32,000 nucleotides of DNA from an uncultured archaeon (GCA_964510585.1 CAZECW010000146.1:17841-49840), one strand, 5' to 3'. Counted from the stretch's first letter, positions 1 to 9,632 are shown. Made by a program: numbers and translations. The notes: generated by a model from the sequence alone, not told the origin.

Positions 1-618
1 GGCTGCGAGAAGTTCGGGGTTCCTGTGGTGGGTGGTCACCTTCACCCCTTCTCATCTACTTATTCGCTCTCCGTAACGGTTCTGGGACGAGTACCAAGGA
101 ATGAAGTTATTTACAGCGATACTGCAAGGCCAGGCGAGTTTATTCTAGCTGCGGTTGATCTTGAGGGTAAAGTGCATGAAAGTTTTGCTTATGCTTGGGA
201 TAGCACTTCTTGGAAGAATCCGGAGTATGTTGAAGAGAAGTTTAAGGCTATGAGGCAGATTGCCAAGAGACACTTGGCCACCGCTGCGAAGGATATTAGT
301 AATCCGGGATTGATAGGAACTTTGGGTATGCTTCTTGAGGCCAGTCAGGTGGGTGGGATAGTTGATGTTTCCGCCATACCTAAACCCAAGGATGTGAAGT
401 TGGAGCAGTGGGTTAAAATGTATCCCGGATTTGGGGTTGTTATGACTTCTAAACCAGAGAGGGCTTCGGAGTGCCTCGAAATATTTCGGAGTGTAGGTGT
501 TTCGGCGGAGATAATTGGCCGCGTTGACGCTTCGAAAAAGCTTTTAATAGCAGATGACAGTGAAGTTTGTGAAGTATTTAGTTTTGAGAGAGACCGACTG
601 TCTGGAAAAATTTGGTAA
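1..618 (+). CDS. AIR synthase/PurM-like protein, methanogenesis marker protein 2 type (5'-truncated)
   Basis: Frame is open from base 1 (GCEKFGVPVVGGHLHP). GGHLHP, AxKDISNPGLIGTLGMLLE and W-x-x-M-Y-P-G-F-G motifs are typical of the PurM-like marker-2 family. Confidence 0.75.
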   Translation, partial: GCEKFGVPVVGGHLHPFSSTYSLSVTVLGRVPRNEVIYSDTARPGEFILAAVDLEGKVHESFAYAWDSTSWKNPEYVEEKFKAMRQIAKRHLATAAKDISNPGLIGTLGMLLEASQVGGIVDVSAIPKPKDVKLEQWVKMYPGFGVVMTSKPERASECLEIFRSVGVSAEIIGRVDASKKLLIADDSEVCEVFSFERDRLSGKIW

Positions 619-675
619 GCAAAAATAACCCGTTATCCAAATAATTTTGAATTAAAATACTTGAAGGGATATACG

Positions 676-903
676 ATGGCGAAGAGAAAAGATGAATCAA
701 TGTGTAGTGTAACATCCTGCGGCGAAAAGGCGAAGCGCTCATTCTCACTCAAGAGCATTCAGAGCGCACTTGTGAAGAGCGGCATCAATATTGAGGGGAC
801 TCCCAAGAGAGTTCATCTCTGCGACAAACACTACAAAGCAATTAAAAAGGAGTTAAAAAGGGAGAAAAAAACAGAACTAATGAGACACGGCCTACCCTTT
901 TAA
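676..903 (+). CDS. Small basic zinc-binding protein (C-x4-C...C-x2-H)
   Basis: ATG at 676 follows a GAAGGGA SD-like element. CSVTSC and LCDKHY motifs, Lys/Arg-rich C-terminal helix, 75 aa. Confidence 0.7.
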   Translation: MAKRKDESMCSVTSCGEKAKRSFSLKSIQSALVKSGINIEGTPKRVHLCDKHYKAIKKELKREKKTELMRHGLPF

Positions 904-916
904 CTCATAAAGTTTT

Positions 917-2527
917 TCACTCCCACTCCACGGTTGAGGGCGGTTTGTTTGTTATATCGTAGACCACCCTATTTATTCCCCTAACCTCATTCACTATTCG
1001 GGAGGAAATTCTTTCCAACAGGTCCCAGTCAAGTTTCGCAAAGTTTGCGGTCATGGCATCCTCACTCTCCACAGCTCTCACCGCTATAACATTCTCGTAG
1101 GTTCTCGCATCTCCCATTACTCCCACAGTTTTTACGGGCAGAAGAACTGCAAAATATTGCCAGAGTCTACTTTTAAAAGGGGATTTCTGAATTTCCTCCT
1201 GTATGATGGCGTCGGCCTCACGAAGGATACCCAGTTTCTGTTCTGTAACCTCACCTACTATTCTCACAGCTAAACTGGGTCCGGGGAAAGGCTGCCTCCA
1301 AATTACATCGTCCGCGAGTCCTAGAAGTTTGCCCACTTTTCTAACCTCATCCTTGTAAAGGTATGCTAGAGGTTCAACCAGTTTAAGAGTCATACCCTGA
1401 GGGAGAGTTACGTTGTGGTGAGACTTTATTTTTGAAGCCGATTTGCTGGTTGCCGCAGACTCCACCCGGTCAGGATAAATTGTCCCCTGACCCAGAAATT
1501 CGAATTTTCCATAGGCTCCCTCAAGTTCTCTGGCTTTGGCCTCAAAAATTCTTATGAATTGGTCAGCAATTATTTTGCGTTTATCCTCGGGGTCAATCAC
1601 TCCCTTTAGCCTCTCAAGAAATGTTTCTCCAGCGTCCACAAAATGAATGTGCTCAAAGTTCAATCTTTTAAATCCCTCAACGACTTCCTTAGCTTCATTT
1701 TTTCTAAGAAGTCCATTATTAACAAATACACAGTGCAGGTTTTCTCCCACCGCCTCATGTATTAGAACCGCTGCAACTGTGGAATCAACTCCTCCACTTA
1801 CCGCCATTATAACCCTAGCGTCCCCAATAGTTTTCCTAATGTTCTGTATTGTTTCCTTTACCCAGTCATCCATTCTCCAAGTGGGCCTACTTCCACATAT
1901 TCCCTCCACAAAGTTCCGCAGAATCCTGCTCCCCTTGGCTGTGTGGTGCACCTCTATGTGGAATTGAACACCAAAAATATTATCCTTGACGTTTCGATAC
2001 GCCGCTATGGCACAGTTATCGGTGTGTCCAATTTTCTCAAATCCTGAAGGTAAGAGTGATACTTGGTCTTCATGGCTCATCCAGACCACTTCAGTATCTT
2101 CTAAACCTTGGAAAAGATCCTCCCTATTTTCAACGCGGAGAACCGATTTTCCATACTCCCCCACACTTCTATTCACTTTACCCCCCAAAATATGGACTAT
2201 TAGTTGATGACCATAACATATTCCCAAAATTGGAATTCCCCTCCTCTTACACCAAGCAAAGAATTCTCTACCAATAAGGGGACTACCCTCACTGTATACA
2301 CTGCTTGGACCACCAGAAAAAATAACTCCTTTAAGCTTGGGAATTTTTTCCAACTCATCTATGGATACATCATAGGGGTAAATCTCTGAATATACTCCTA
2401 GTTCACGAATTCTTCTGGAAATGAGATGAGTGTACTGGCCACCGAAATCTAATACTATTATGGTGTCCCGCTCCAATGTAAAGCCACACTTCCATAAATT
2501 AGACATATATTTTGAGTTGAGTATCAC
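917..2527 (-). CDS. guaA: GMP synthase (glutamine-hydrolysing), fused GATase + ATP-PPase domains
   Basis: VLDFGGQY, GICYGHQ (catalytic Cys), QFHIEV, SGGVDS PP-loop, IKSHHNV, C-terminal KPPSTVEWE. True start may be the ATG at 2506 or further downstream. Confidence 0.97.
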   Translation of the reverse strand: MILNSKYMSNLWKCGFTLERDTIIVLDFGGQYTHLISRRIRELGVYSEIYPYDVSIDELEKIPKLKGVIFSGGPSSVYSEGSPLIGREFFAWCKRRGIPILGICYGHQLIVHILGGKVNRSVGEYGKSVLRVENREDLFQGLEDTEVVWMSHEDQVSLLPSGFEKIGHTDNCAIAAYRNVKDNIFGVQFHIEVHHTAKGSRILRNFVEGICGSRPTWRMDDWVKETIQNIRKTIGDARVIMAVSGGVDSTVAAVLIHEAVGENLHCVFVNNGLLRKNEAKEVVEGFKRLNFEHIHFVDAGETFLERLKGVIDPEDKRKIIADQFIRIFEAKARELEGAYGKFEFLGQGTIYPDRVESAATSKSASKIKSHHNVTLPQGMTLKLVEPLAYLYKDEVRKVGKLLGLADDVIWRQPFPGPSLAVRIVGEVTEQKLGILREADAIIQEEIQKSPFKSRLWQYFAVLLPVKTVGVMGDARTYENVIAVRAVESEDAMTANFAKLDWDLLERISSRIVNEVRGINRVVYDITNKPPSTVEWE

Positions 2528-2636
2528 TAATCCAAGAAAAGGCTTTTAATCTTATTCTAGTTAAAAAAGATATTTTTATATTGTTCCTTTTAGTGAATAT
2601 AAAGGGTACTAAGTGTAAGTAGGAGGAGAGAATACT

Positions 2637-3158
2637 GTGGATGTTTTTGAGGCTATTAAAACAAGGAGAAGCATCCGACGTTATAAGTCAGAAAATGTTT
2701 CTGAGGAGCAAGTCAAAAAACTGTTGGAAGCGGCAATCATGGCTCCCTCGGGAGGAAACATGCAACCTTGGGATTTCATTATCGTTAGGGACGAGACGCA
2801 AAAGAAGGCTCTAGCCAGAGCCGCTCTGGGACAAATGTTCATTGCCAGCGCCCCCGTAGTCATAGTAGTTTGCGCAAATAAGCCTCGAACCGCTAAAAGA
2901 TATGGTGATAGAGGAGCAGAGTTTTACTGCCTTCAGGACACAGCGGCAGCAACGCAAAACATACTGCTAGCTGCTACAGCTATGGGATTAGCAGGATGCT
3001 GGGTGGGCGCCTTTAATGATGAAGCAGTGTCCCACGTTTTAAAACTTCCCGAATACATAAGACCAGTTGTAATACTGCCCATTGGCTTCCCCGCAGAATC
3101 TCCAAAAGCGCCTCCACGCATACCGCTAGATGAACTTATACATTACGATAGGTGGTGA
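2637..3158 (+). CDS. Nitroreductase family flavoprotein
   Basis: AIKTRRSIRRY, APSGGNMQPWDF and LAATAMGLAGCWVGAF motifs. AGGAGG SD at 2621-2626 before the GTG start. Confidence 0.93.
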   Translation: MDVFEAIKTRRSIRRYKSENVSEEQVKKLLEAAIMAPSGGNMQPWDFIIVRDETQKKALARAALGQMFIASAPVVIVVCANKPRTAKRYGDRGAEFYCLQDTAAATQNILLAATAMGLAGCWVGAFNDEAVSHVLKLPEYIRPVVILPIGFPAESPKAPPRIPLDELIHYDRW

Positions 3159-3185
3159 CAGACCCTCAACTTTCAAGTGGTGGAG

Positions 3186-3578
3186 CTATTTTAGCATTCC
3201 ATACTCCCTTAGAAAATTTTTGTCTGAGTCTGAAACATTGCTTCCAAGAAAGTTTGTTCCCTCCACTGTGAGTTCTATTACAGTGTATCCATTCTGTGAT
3301 GAGAATATTTTTACAAATCCTTTCTCCTTAAGTTTTTTTAGTGAGGATAAAATTAGTTGTTCTAGCTGGGAATCTTTAAATGCAAGGCTTCCATCTGGCT
3401 TGTGAAAGTCGGGAATTCGCCTCAAAGTTTTCTGAAGAGAGGTTAGTGAGCGTTTTCCGGAATCTGAGGGGTTGGAATAAAGCCACAAAAGAATTAGCCA
3501 GTCAATAAAGGAGAGACTGGAATCAACCCCTAATAGTTTGCGGGCGATGATGCTAATCGAAGGCATAACGAGCACCAA
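3186..3578 (-). CDS. Hypothetical protein with probable C-terminal winged-helix motif
   Basis: LKKLKEKGFVKI...IELTVEG resembles a wHTH recognition helix + wing. Same strand, 66 nt after the hdrB stop. Alternative ATG at 3566. Confidence 0.55.
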   Translation of the reverse strand: MVLVMPSISIIARKLLGVDSSLSFIDWLILLWLYSNPSDSGKRSLTSLQKTLRRIPDFHKPDGSLAFKDSQLEQLILSSLKKLKEKGFVKIFSSQNGYTVIELTVEGTNFLGSNVSDSDKNFLREYGMLK

Positions 3579-3644
3579 GAAAAATACCGCAAAAAATCAA
3601 CCATAAACCTTTTGGTTAACGCTCTGGAAATTTATTCTGGAAGT

Positions 3645-4565
3645 TTAGGTCTCTTTGGGCACCAATTTGGCAATTATGGGTTCCACTGGTATTCTGTGCA
3701 TTTTGAAGCCTAGTTTTTTGGGCTCCGCTCCCATAAGTAGAGCCAACAGTTGGGATAGGTGTATTACGGGAATTGGGTTTTCCAGCATTTCAACATCTAG
3801 AAGGTTTCCCTGATACTTGTCCAAAACATTAAGACAGTAGGGGCATATGACCACTATAGCCTCCGCATAGGCGTCTGACAGGCTATCGAGCTTCTTCTGA
3901 GTAACAGCGTAGGAAATGGTTTTGTGTACTGTTTGCTGTATTCCTCCAAACCCACAGCACAAAGTTTTTTCAGTGTACTCTACAGGGATTCCACCCAGTT
4001 TCCCAACCATTTCCTCTATGAATGAGGGATTTTCCACACTGTCTAATCCCTTTTTTCCATTAACATGTGAATAGTGGCAACCGTAGTGTACCGCCATTCT
4101 TAGTTCTCCGAGGCTAAAAGTTATCTTTTGTAGTATTTCATTCATTTTCTTGTAAAAGAAGTCTGCTATGTGAATAACTTCCACTTTTTCAAATTTTTTC
4201 CCAATCTTCTTGAGAATCTTGTCCGTCTGGAATTTTATCTGAGGATCCTCCATTAAGGCCTCAGCCACATAGAAGGAGGAATAGCATCCATTACAATCCG
4301 TGATAACGTAAGGCGTTTTTTCAAATATAATGCTGGAGTTTCTTCCCACGAGACAAGTGAGCACAGTATCAGCATTTAAAGAGCTAAATTCAGGGGTTCC
4401 GCAGCAGGTCTGATCATCACTCACCGCATAGTTAACACCCAACTTTTCAAGCACAAATCTGGTGGCTGACTCAATCCCGGGATAAAAATTATTTATAAAA
4501 CAACCCCTAAAATAGAAAAAGACACCATTACCAGGAATCCTTTCCAATCTTTGCACATTCACCAA
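3645..4565 (-). CDS. hdrB: Heterodisulfide reductase subunit B (CCG-domain protein)
   Basis: Two CCG domains: GC...TCCG...CNGC and HYGCH...LCCGFGG...CPYC. Confidence 0.88.
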   Translation of the reverse strand: MVNVQRLERIPGNGVFFYFRGCFINNFYPGIESATRFVLEKLGVNYAVSDDQTCCGTPEFSSLNADTVLTCLVGRNSSIIFEKTPYVITDCNGCYSSFYVAEALMEDPQIKFQTDKILKKIGKKFEKVEVIHIADFFYKKMNEILQKITFSLGELRMAVHYGCHYSHVNGKKGLDSVENPSFIEEMVGKLGGIPVEYTEKTLCCGFGGIQQTVHKTISYAVTQKKLDSLSDAYAEAIVVICPYCLNVLDKYQGNLLDVEMLENPIPVIHLSQLLALLMGAEPKKLGFKMHRIPVEPIIAKLVPKET

Positions 4566-4578
4566 TCAACAATCCCCC

Positions 4579-5184
4579 TTAATAGTTTTCTGAACACTCC
4601 CTTGCTTGCTTCACACTCTCATTCAACTTCTCCAACCCCTCTCTAAACCCTGTCTCCTTCAAAATAACTTTTAACTCCTCCATAGCCCTACCTGAAACCT
4701 CATATTTCTCAGGCAGACCCATCTCCAGCCGCATCTCAGCCAACTCCCTCTCCGCCTTTTTAGGATCCAGCCTAGCATAATCCCGGGGACTAATCGACAA
4801 CCCACTTTCCAATAGATTCCTACCCACACCACTCAAGATTTCCACCAAATCCCAACCATAGCCCCTCTCCAAAGCCATCCTCCTCAGCCGAGAAATAATG
4901 TAAGGTATCCCTATTCTCCAAGGACACTTATTCATACAGAAGAAGCATTGAAAACAGTACCAAACCTCCTTGCTGCTTAGAACCTTCTCTTCCTCACCTA
5001 GCGCCACATCATAAATAATTTTTCTAAAATTAAAACTGGAATTCCTACTAGCTACACAATCTCCAACACAGGCCCCGCAAGAGAAACAGCATTCTATTTT
5101 TTTGCTATCTAGCCCTGCTACTCTGTCGAAGAATTTCCAACTCCATTTTCCTGAGGATAATGCCGTGTTTCCGTTTGTTGTCAC
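4579..5184 (-). CDS. hdrC: Heterodisulfide reductase subunit C
   Basis: CFSCGACVGDC and CFQCFFCMNKCP [4Fe-4S] motifs. GTG start overlaps the upstream TGA stop (GTGA, 5181-5184). Confidence 0.88.
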   Translation of the reverse strand: MTTNGNTALSSGKWSWKFFDRVAGLDSKKIECCFSCGACVGDCVASRNSSFNFRKIIYDVALGEEEKVLSSKEVWYCFQCFFCMNKCPWRIGIPYIISRLRRMALERGYGWDLVEILSGVGRNLLESGLSISPRDYARLDPKKAERELAEMRLEMGLPEKYEVSGRAMEELKVILKETGFREGLEKLNESVKQARECSENY

Positions 5185-6524
5185 TGAGCTACCTCCAGTT
5201 CCTTCTTCAAACGTTCTATGACCTTTTCTGTTTTGCCCTTCTCTGTGAGCATTCTTGTGCTCTTCTCCTTAAGGAAGTCTCTGGCCTTTTTTATACGCTG
5301 AGATAGTTTTTCCCTCATCTCCTCTGTCAGCTCTGGAACCTGCAGCTCGGGGATGGTGGGTTCTTCCTCCTCTATCTTTTCAATTTTCACTATGCGTATT
5401 TTGGGCATCTTTTCGGCTTTACCCACCAGTTTCAAGAATGTTTGTTCCCACATTCTGCTCCAAGGGGTTTCATTCGGCTTTGTGTATCGAACATCCTTTC
5501 TTATGACTTCTATTATTTTTTCTGGGCAGGCATTTTGACAGGCTCCACAGAAACCACAGAAATCTTGGTTGAAGGCTATCTTGTCAAATTTCTCCTTCTC
5601 TTCCATAGTTTCAGGGATAAACCACACCTTCGAGGGGCAAATGTTTAGACAGGCTTTACAGCCCACAGGGTCGCATTTCTCTGGGTGGTGTAGGCGAATT
5701 TCTCCCTCAAAGGCCTTTGTGACCCGTATCGCGTCTCTTGGACAAGCGGCTTTACACCAACCACAGGTTAAACACTTCTCCCTATCTATTCTTATTTCCC
5801 CAGACCACTCTAAATCTTTTATTTCCCTATCAACCTCGGTTTTACAATTAACTTTGATTGCTTTGTCTGGACATATTTTTTCGCAGAGCCCACAGTAGTC
5901 GCACTCATCCTCCACCACTCTGATATCATATCCGGGAGCAGGATTATTTGGGGTTACATCTCTCCAGCTAATCTCTATAGCTTTGCAAAGCCTTTCACAG
6001 AGTCCACAGTAGGTACATTTTTCTTTGTCTATTGTAATCTCTCCCTCTATTTTACCCGGCTCCTTCCCGTAGATAACCAAGTCCTCCTTTTTGGGAACCT
6101 TAAGATCAGCAGTAATAGACTTATTGGGGCAAGCATGTTCACACAAAACGCAAGGAATACACTTCTCCTTGTCTATTTCAATGTCCTTTAGAAACTGGGG
6201 ATAGTCAGGATTTTCTTGAATGTACTGGTCATCCATTTTAAGCTTCATAGCCTTTGTTAGGCAAACCGCAGAGCACAAACCGCAGTAGGAGCACTTGTTC
6301 TGATCAACCATCACTTTGGGAGCATCTATCTCCCCCATTGCAATCTCAGGTATTGGCCCCAGCTCTATGGCATCACAGGGGCAGACCAATTTGCACAAGC
6401 CGCAACCCGAACATCTTGAAGCGTCATAGTCCAGTGTTTTCTTCAGCTTCTCAGTATTCCATTTAAAAATTAGTCTGTCGTCCTGCACATCCATTGTAAT
6501 TTCCAATTCTACACGATCACTCAA
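5181..6524 (-). CDS. Polyferredoxin with 8 [4Fe-4S] motifs, FwdF-like
   Basis: Eight CxxCxxCxxxC-type motifs (one is CDPVGCKAC). N-terminal AIELGPIPEIAMGEIDAPKV resembles FwdF. TTG start with GGAGGA SD (6531-6536, minus strand). Confidence 0.85.
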   Translation of the reverse strand: MSDRVELEITMDVQDDRLIFKWNTEKLKKTLDYDASRCSGCGLCKLVCPCDAIELGPIPEIAMGEIDAPKVMVDQNKCSYCGLCSAVCLTKAMKLKMDDQYIQENPDYPQFLKDIEIDKEKCIPCVLCEHACPNKSITADLKVPKKEDLVIYGKEPGKIEGEITIDKEKCTYCGLCERLCKAIEISWRDVTPNNPAPGYDIRVVEDECDYCGLCEKICPDKAIKVNCKTEVDREIKDLEWSGEIRIDREKCLTCGWCKAACPRDAIRVTKAFEGEIRLHHPEKCDPVGCKACLNICPSKVWFIPETMEEKEKFDKIAFNQDFCGFCGACQNACPEKIIEVIRKDVRYTKPNETPWSRMWEQTFLKLVGKAEKMPKIRIVKIEKIEEEEPTIPELQVPELTEEMREKLSQRIKKARDFLKEKSTRMLTEKGKTEKVIERLKKELEVAQ

Positions 6525-6536
6525 AATAAATCCTCC

Positions 6537-8903
6537 TTATGTGGTCTTTTCAAAAAGCTCCGCTCCAATTGTGGGTAGGCTACGCAGCTCCTCAGTGAAC
6601 TCCTTTATCACCATGGCAAACTTTTTACCCTCCGACGCTGAAGCGCTTTCCAGCCGCAGTCTTCTAGGATTAATTCCAATGGATTTAAGCATCTCACTCA
6701 GAACCTCCACTCTACGCTGGGTTTTCAGAAAACCTGTCCGGAAGTGGCAGTCCTGAGGGTAGCAGCCCATTATGAGTACTCCATCTGCGCCCTTTTCAAA
6801 AGACTCAAGTACAAACTGGGGATTCACCCTCCCGCTGCACATAACCCATATGGGACGCACATTAGTGGGATACCTTATCTTGTTAAGCCCCGCGGTATCT
6901 GCAGCCTCATAAGCACAATAATTGCACAGAAATGCTACTATAAGTGGATACTCCTTTTTATCCTTCAAGGCGGCATCTATCTGACCCAGTATCTGTGCAT
7001 CTGTAGATATGGGAATCTGTAGTGCCCCCGACGGACAAGCCGCAGCACAAGCACCACAACCCTCACAACCAGCAGCGCTTATACTCACTCCCTCTTTGTC
7101 AATGGAGATTACCCCCCTATCACAAGTCGTGGCACATATGCCACATTTGAAACACTCTTCAGGATCCAAAACTGGAACGTAGGGTTCAATTTCCACCTCT
7201 CCCTTTGAAAGCAAAACGGCAACCTTAGCCGCCACTGCCCCGGCTTGAGAAACGCTGTCTTGGATATCCTTAGGGCTCTGAGCGCACCCTGCAACGTAGA
7301 TTCCAGATATTTGGGTCTCAACCGGTCTCAGCTTGGGGTGGCGTTCAAGGATGAACCCGTCACTACTTAGGGGAACCCCAATTTTTGACAGAAGCTTCTC
7401 CTGATCCTTTGGAGGCGATAAGCCCACGGAGAGAACCACAAGATCTGCTTCCACCTCCACAGGCCGCCCCATCAATGTGTCTTCTGCCCTCACTATGAGA
7501 TTCTTACTTTTTGGGTTCTCTATTATTTTGCTAACCCTTCCTCTAATGAATCGAATCCGATACTCACTTATAGCATCATTGTAAGCCTCCTCGAATCCCT
7601 TACCAAAAGTCCTGATATCTTGATAAAAGACGTATACCTCGGAATCAGGAATGTGATCCTTTACTTCTTTGGCTTCCTTCACCGCGTAGGTACAACACAC
7701 CCGAGAGCAGTAAGGTTTACCGATACTCTCATCCCTAGAACCCACACACTGAACAAAAACAACCCTTTTGGGAGGCACGCCGTCTGAGGGTCTAACAACG
7801 GCTCCCATGGTGGGTCCTGAGGCGCAAAACATCCTCTCCAGTTCTAGACTGGTGACCACATTATCGAACCTTCCATATCCATAATTGTCCTTAACTGTGG
7901 GGTCAAAGGTGTCAAAGCCAGTAGCGAGTATTATCGCTCCAAAATTGTTCTCAATTATCTCCTCCTTCTGGTTCAGATCTACTGCTTCCCGATTACAAAC
8001 TCCTTCACAGCTTCGGCAACCAATGCAATGCTCCGGATCAATGGTGTAAACTGTTGGGGTAGCCTGAGGGAAGGGCATATATACAGCTTTTCTCATTCCC
8101 AGTCCACAGTCAAACTCGTTGGGAACCTCAATTGGGCAGTAGTCGGCGCAGATGCCACAACCCGTGCATTCCTCCTCCTTTATGTATCTTGGCTTCTTCC
8201 TTATTTTCACCTTGAAGTTGCCTATCCAGCCTGATACGCTTTCTACTTCGGCGTAAGTTATTAACTTGATTTTGGGGTGTCTGTTGGCTTCCACCATTAG
8301 GGGTGCCAGTATACATATGCTGCAGTCGTGGTAGGGAAAGACCTTGTCCAACTGGGCCATATGGCCTCCAATACTGGGATTTTTTTCAACCAGGTATACT
8401 TCATATCCCATGTCCGCGAGGTTTAGAGAGGCGGTTATTCCTGTAACTCCTCCCCCTATGACCAGAACTCTCCTCTCCACGGGTACGGTGTGTATGGGTT
8501 GGGGTTGCATTAGTCGCGCCCGCTCAATAGCCATTTTTATGAGGTCTTCTGCCTTTTTCGTGGCTCTTATGTTGTCTCCTCTATGAACCCAAGAGCACTG
8601 TTCCCTTATGTTGGCTATGACTAACAGATACTTGTTGAGACCAGCTTCCTCTACGGCTTCACGGAATAGTTTTTCGTGAAGTTTGGGTGTGCAGGACGCC
8701 ACAACTACCCTTTCCAGTTTTTCTTCCCTAATTTTATCAATAATTAGTTTAAGGCCGGGGTCAGAACACATGTAGGTATAATCTTCAACATGAACGTTTG
8801 ACAATTTTTTGAGAGATTCAACGAGACTGGGCACATCAACTACACCAGCAATGTTTGAGCCACAGTGACATATGAAAACTCCAACCCGGGGAACTTCAAC
8901 CAT
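6537..8903 (-). CDS. hdrA: Heterodisulfide reductase subunit A fused to a C-terminal MvhD domain
   Basis: RVGVFICHCG, REQCSWVH, GGGVTG FAD motif, inserted ferredoxin, VQCVGSRD...CSRVCC. C-terminal MvhD motifs: FLCNYCAY, VMCSGRVNP, GADGVLIMGC...DCHF. Confidence 0.95.
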   Translation of the reverse strand: MVEVPRVGVFICHCGSNIAGVVDVPSLVESLKKLSNVHVEDYTYMCSDPGLKLIIDKIREEKLERVVVASCTPKLHEKLFREAVEEAGLNKYLLVIANIREQCSWVHRGDNIRATKKAEDLIKMAIERARLMQPQPIHTVPVERRVLVIGGGVTGITASLNLADMGYEVYLVEKNPSIGGHMAQLDKVFPYHDCSICILAPLMVEANRHPKIKLITYAEVESVSGWIGNFKVKIRKKPRYIKEEECTGCGICADYCPIEVPNEFDCGLGMRKAVYMPFPQATPTVYTIDPEHCIGCRSCEGVCNREAVDLNQKEEIIENNFGAIILATGFDTFDPTVKDNYGYGRFDNVVTSLELERMFCASGPTMGAVVRPSDGVPPKRVVFVQCVGSRDESIGKPYCSRVCCTYAVKEAKEVKDHIPDSEVYVFYQDIRTFGKGFEEAYNDAISEYRIRFIRGRVSKIIENPKSKNLIVRAEDTLMGRPVEVEADLVVLSVGLSPPKDQEKLLSKIGVPLSSDGFILERHPKLRPVETQISGIYVAGCAQSPKDIQDSVSQAGAVAAKVAVLLSKGEVEIEPYVPVLDPEECFKCGICATTCDRGVISIDKEGVSISAAGCEGCGACAAACPSGALQIPISTDAQILGQIDAALKDKKEYPLIVAFLCNYCAYEAADTAGLNKIRYPTNVRPIWVMCSGRVNPQFVLESFEKGADGVLIMGCYPQDCHFRTGFLKTQRRVEVLSEMLKSIGINPRRLRLESASASEGKKFAMVIKEFTEELRSLPTIGAELFEKTT

Positions 8904-8995
8904 TACTCTTTACACCTTCTCATATTGAGGGAACAGTGCCCAGAAAAAATAAGCCCGCAAACCCAACATTCTTCCAAGGAACGGTGACTCATCAC

Positions 8996-9010
8996 ATTTA
9001 TAAATTTTCC
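8996..9010 (-). promoter_or_regulatory. Putative BRE + TATA promoter of the hdr operon
   Basis: Minus strand reads GGAAAA-TTTATAAAT, about 95 nt upstream of the hdrA ATG. Confidence 0.55.
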
Positions 9011-9200
9011 ACCAAAATTATCCGCCCAATAAAACTTCAACGGGCAAAAACCCAGAATGTTACATTAGCCAAGATTTAAAGTATGCAGACTGATTCAAAA
9101 AATATTTTTATTACTAAAATGTGGGAAGAGAAATTCACGTGTTCCAAGTTATTATTAGCTGCGTTCAGAAATTGCAAATTTTGGGGGTTACTTTTAATTC

Positions 9201-9632
9201 TTATTCCTTGATTTTTCTCAGCACTAAACAGTTCTCTATATCTATTATTCCTTTTATGCCTCTAACCTTTTCTATGAAATCGTTGAGTTCAGAGAGACTG
9301 TTGACATTAACTTTCATGATTAAGCCGCATCCCCTCGTCAAAAGGTGTGCTTCCTCCACTTCTTTAAATTCGGCAAGCCTATCCACTATTTCGTTCAATC
9401 TGTGTGTCGCTGGTTGCACCGTCACAATTGAGGTTATCCTATTCTCAAATGGTTCCGGGTTCAGTACCACTGTAAACTTTTTAATTATGCCCTTATCAAC
9501 CAATCTTTGAATCCTTTTTCTGACGGTGGCAATGCTCAGGTTAAGCTCCTCAGCAATATCTTTAATCGGTTTTCTACTATCCTCTGAGAGTATCCTAATC
9601 AGCTTTTCGTCTACATCATCCAGCTTTATCAT
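9201..9632 (-). CDS. Lrp/AsnC family transcriptional regulator
   Basis: LDDVDEKLIRILSEDSRKPIKDIAEELNLSIATVRKRIQRL HTH followed by a RAM domain. Confidence 0.93.
   Translation of the reverse strand: MIKLDDVDEKLIRILSEDSRKPIKDIAEELNLSIATVRKRIQRLVDKGIIKKFTVVLNPEPFENRITSIVTVQPATHRLNEIVDRLAEFKEVEEAHLLTRGCGLIMKVNVNSLSELNDFIEKVRGIKGIIDIENCLVLRKIKE

Noticed and set aside
6537-8903. Possible selenocysteine in HdrA/MvhD or the polyferredoxin
   Set aside because: The ORFs are uninterrupted and the positions that are Sec in some methanogens read Cys (YHDCSIC; MGC...DCHF). No in-frame TGA needs recoding.
8984-8995. GTGA-N4-TCAC palindrome beside the hdr TATA box
   Set aside because: The arms are only 4 bp and I found no second copy near the other promoters, so it is too weak to call an operator.
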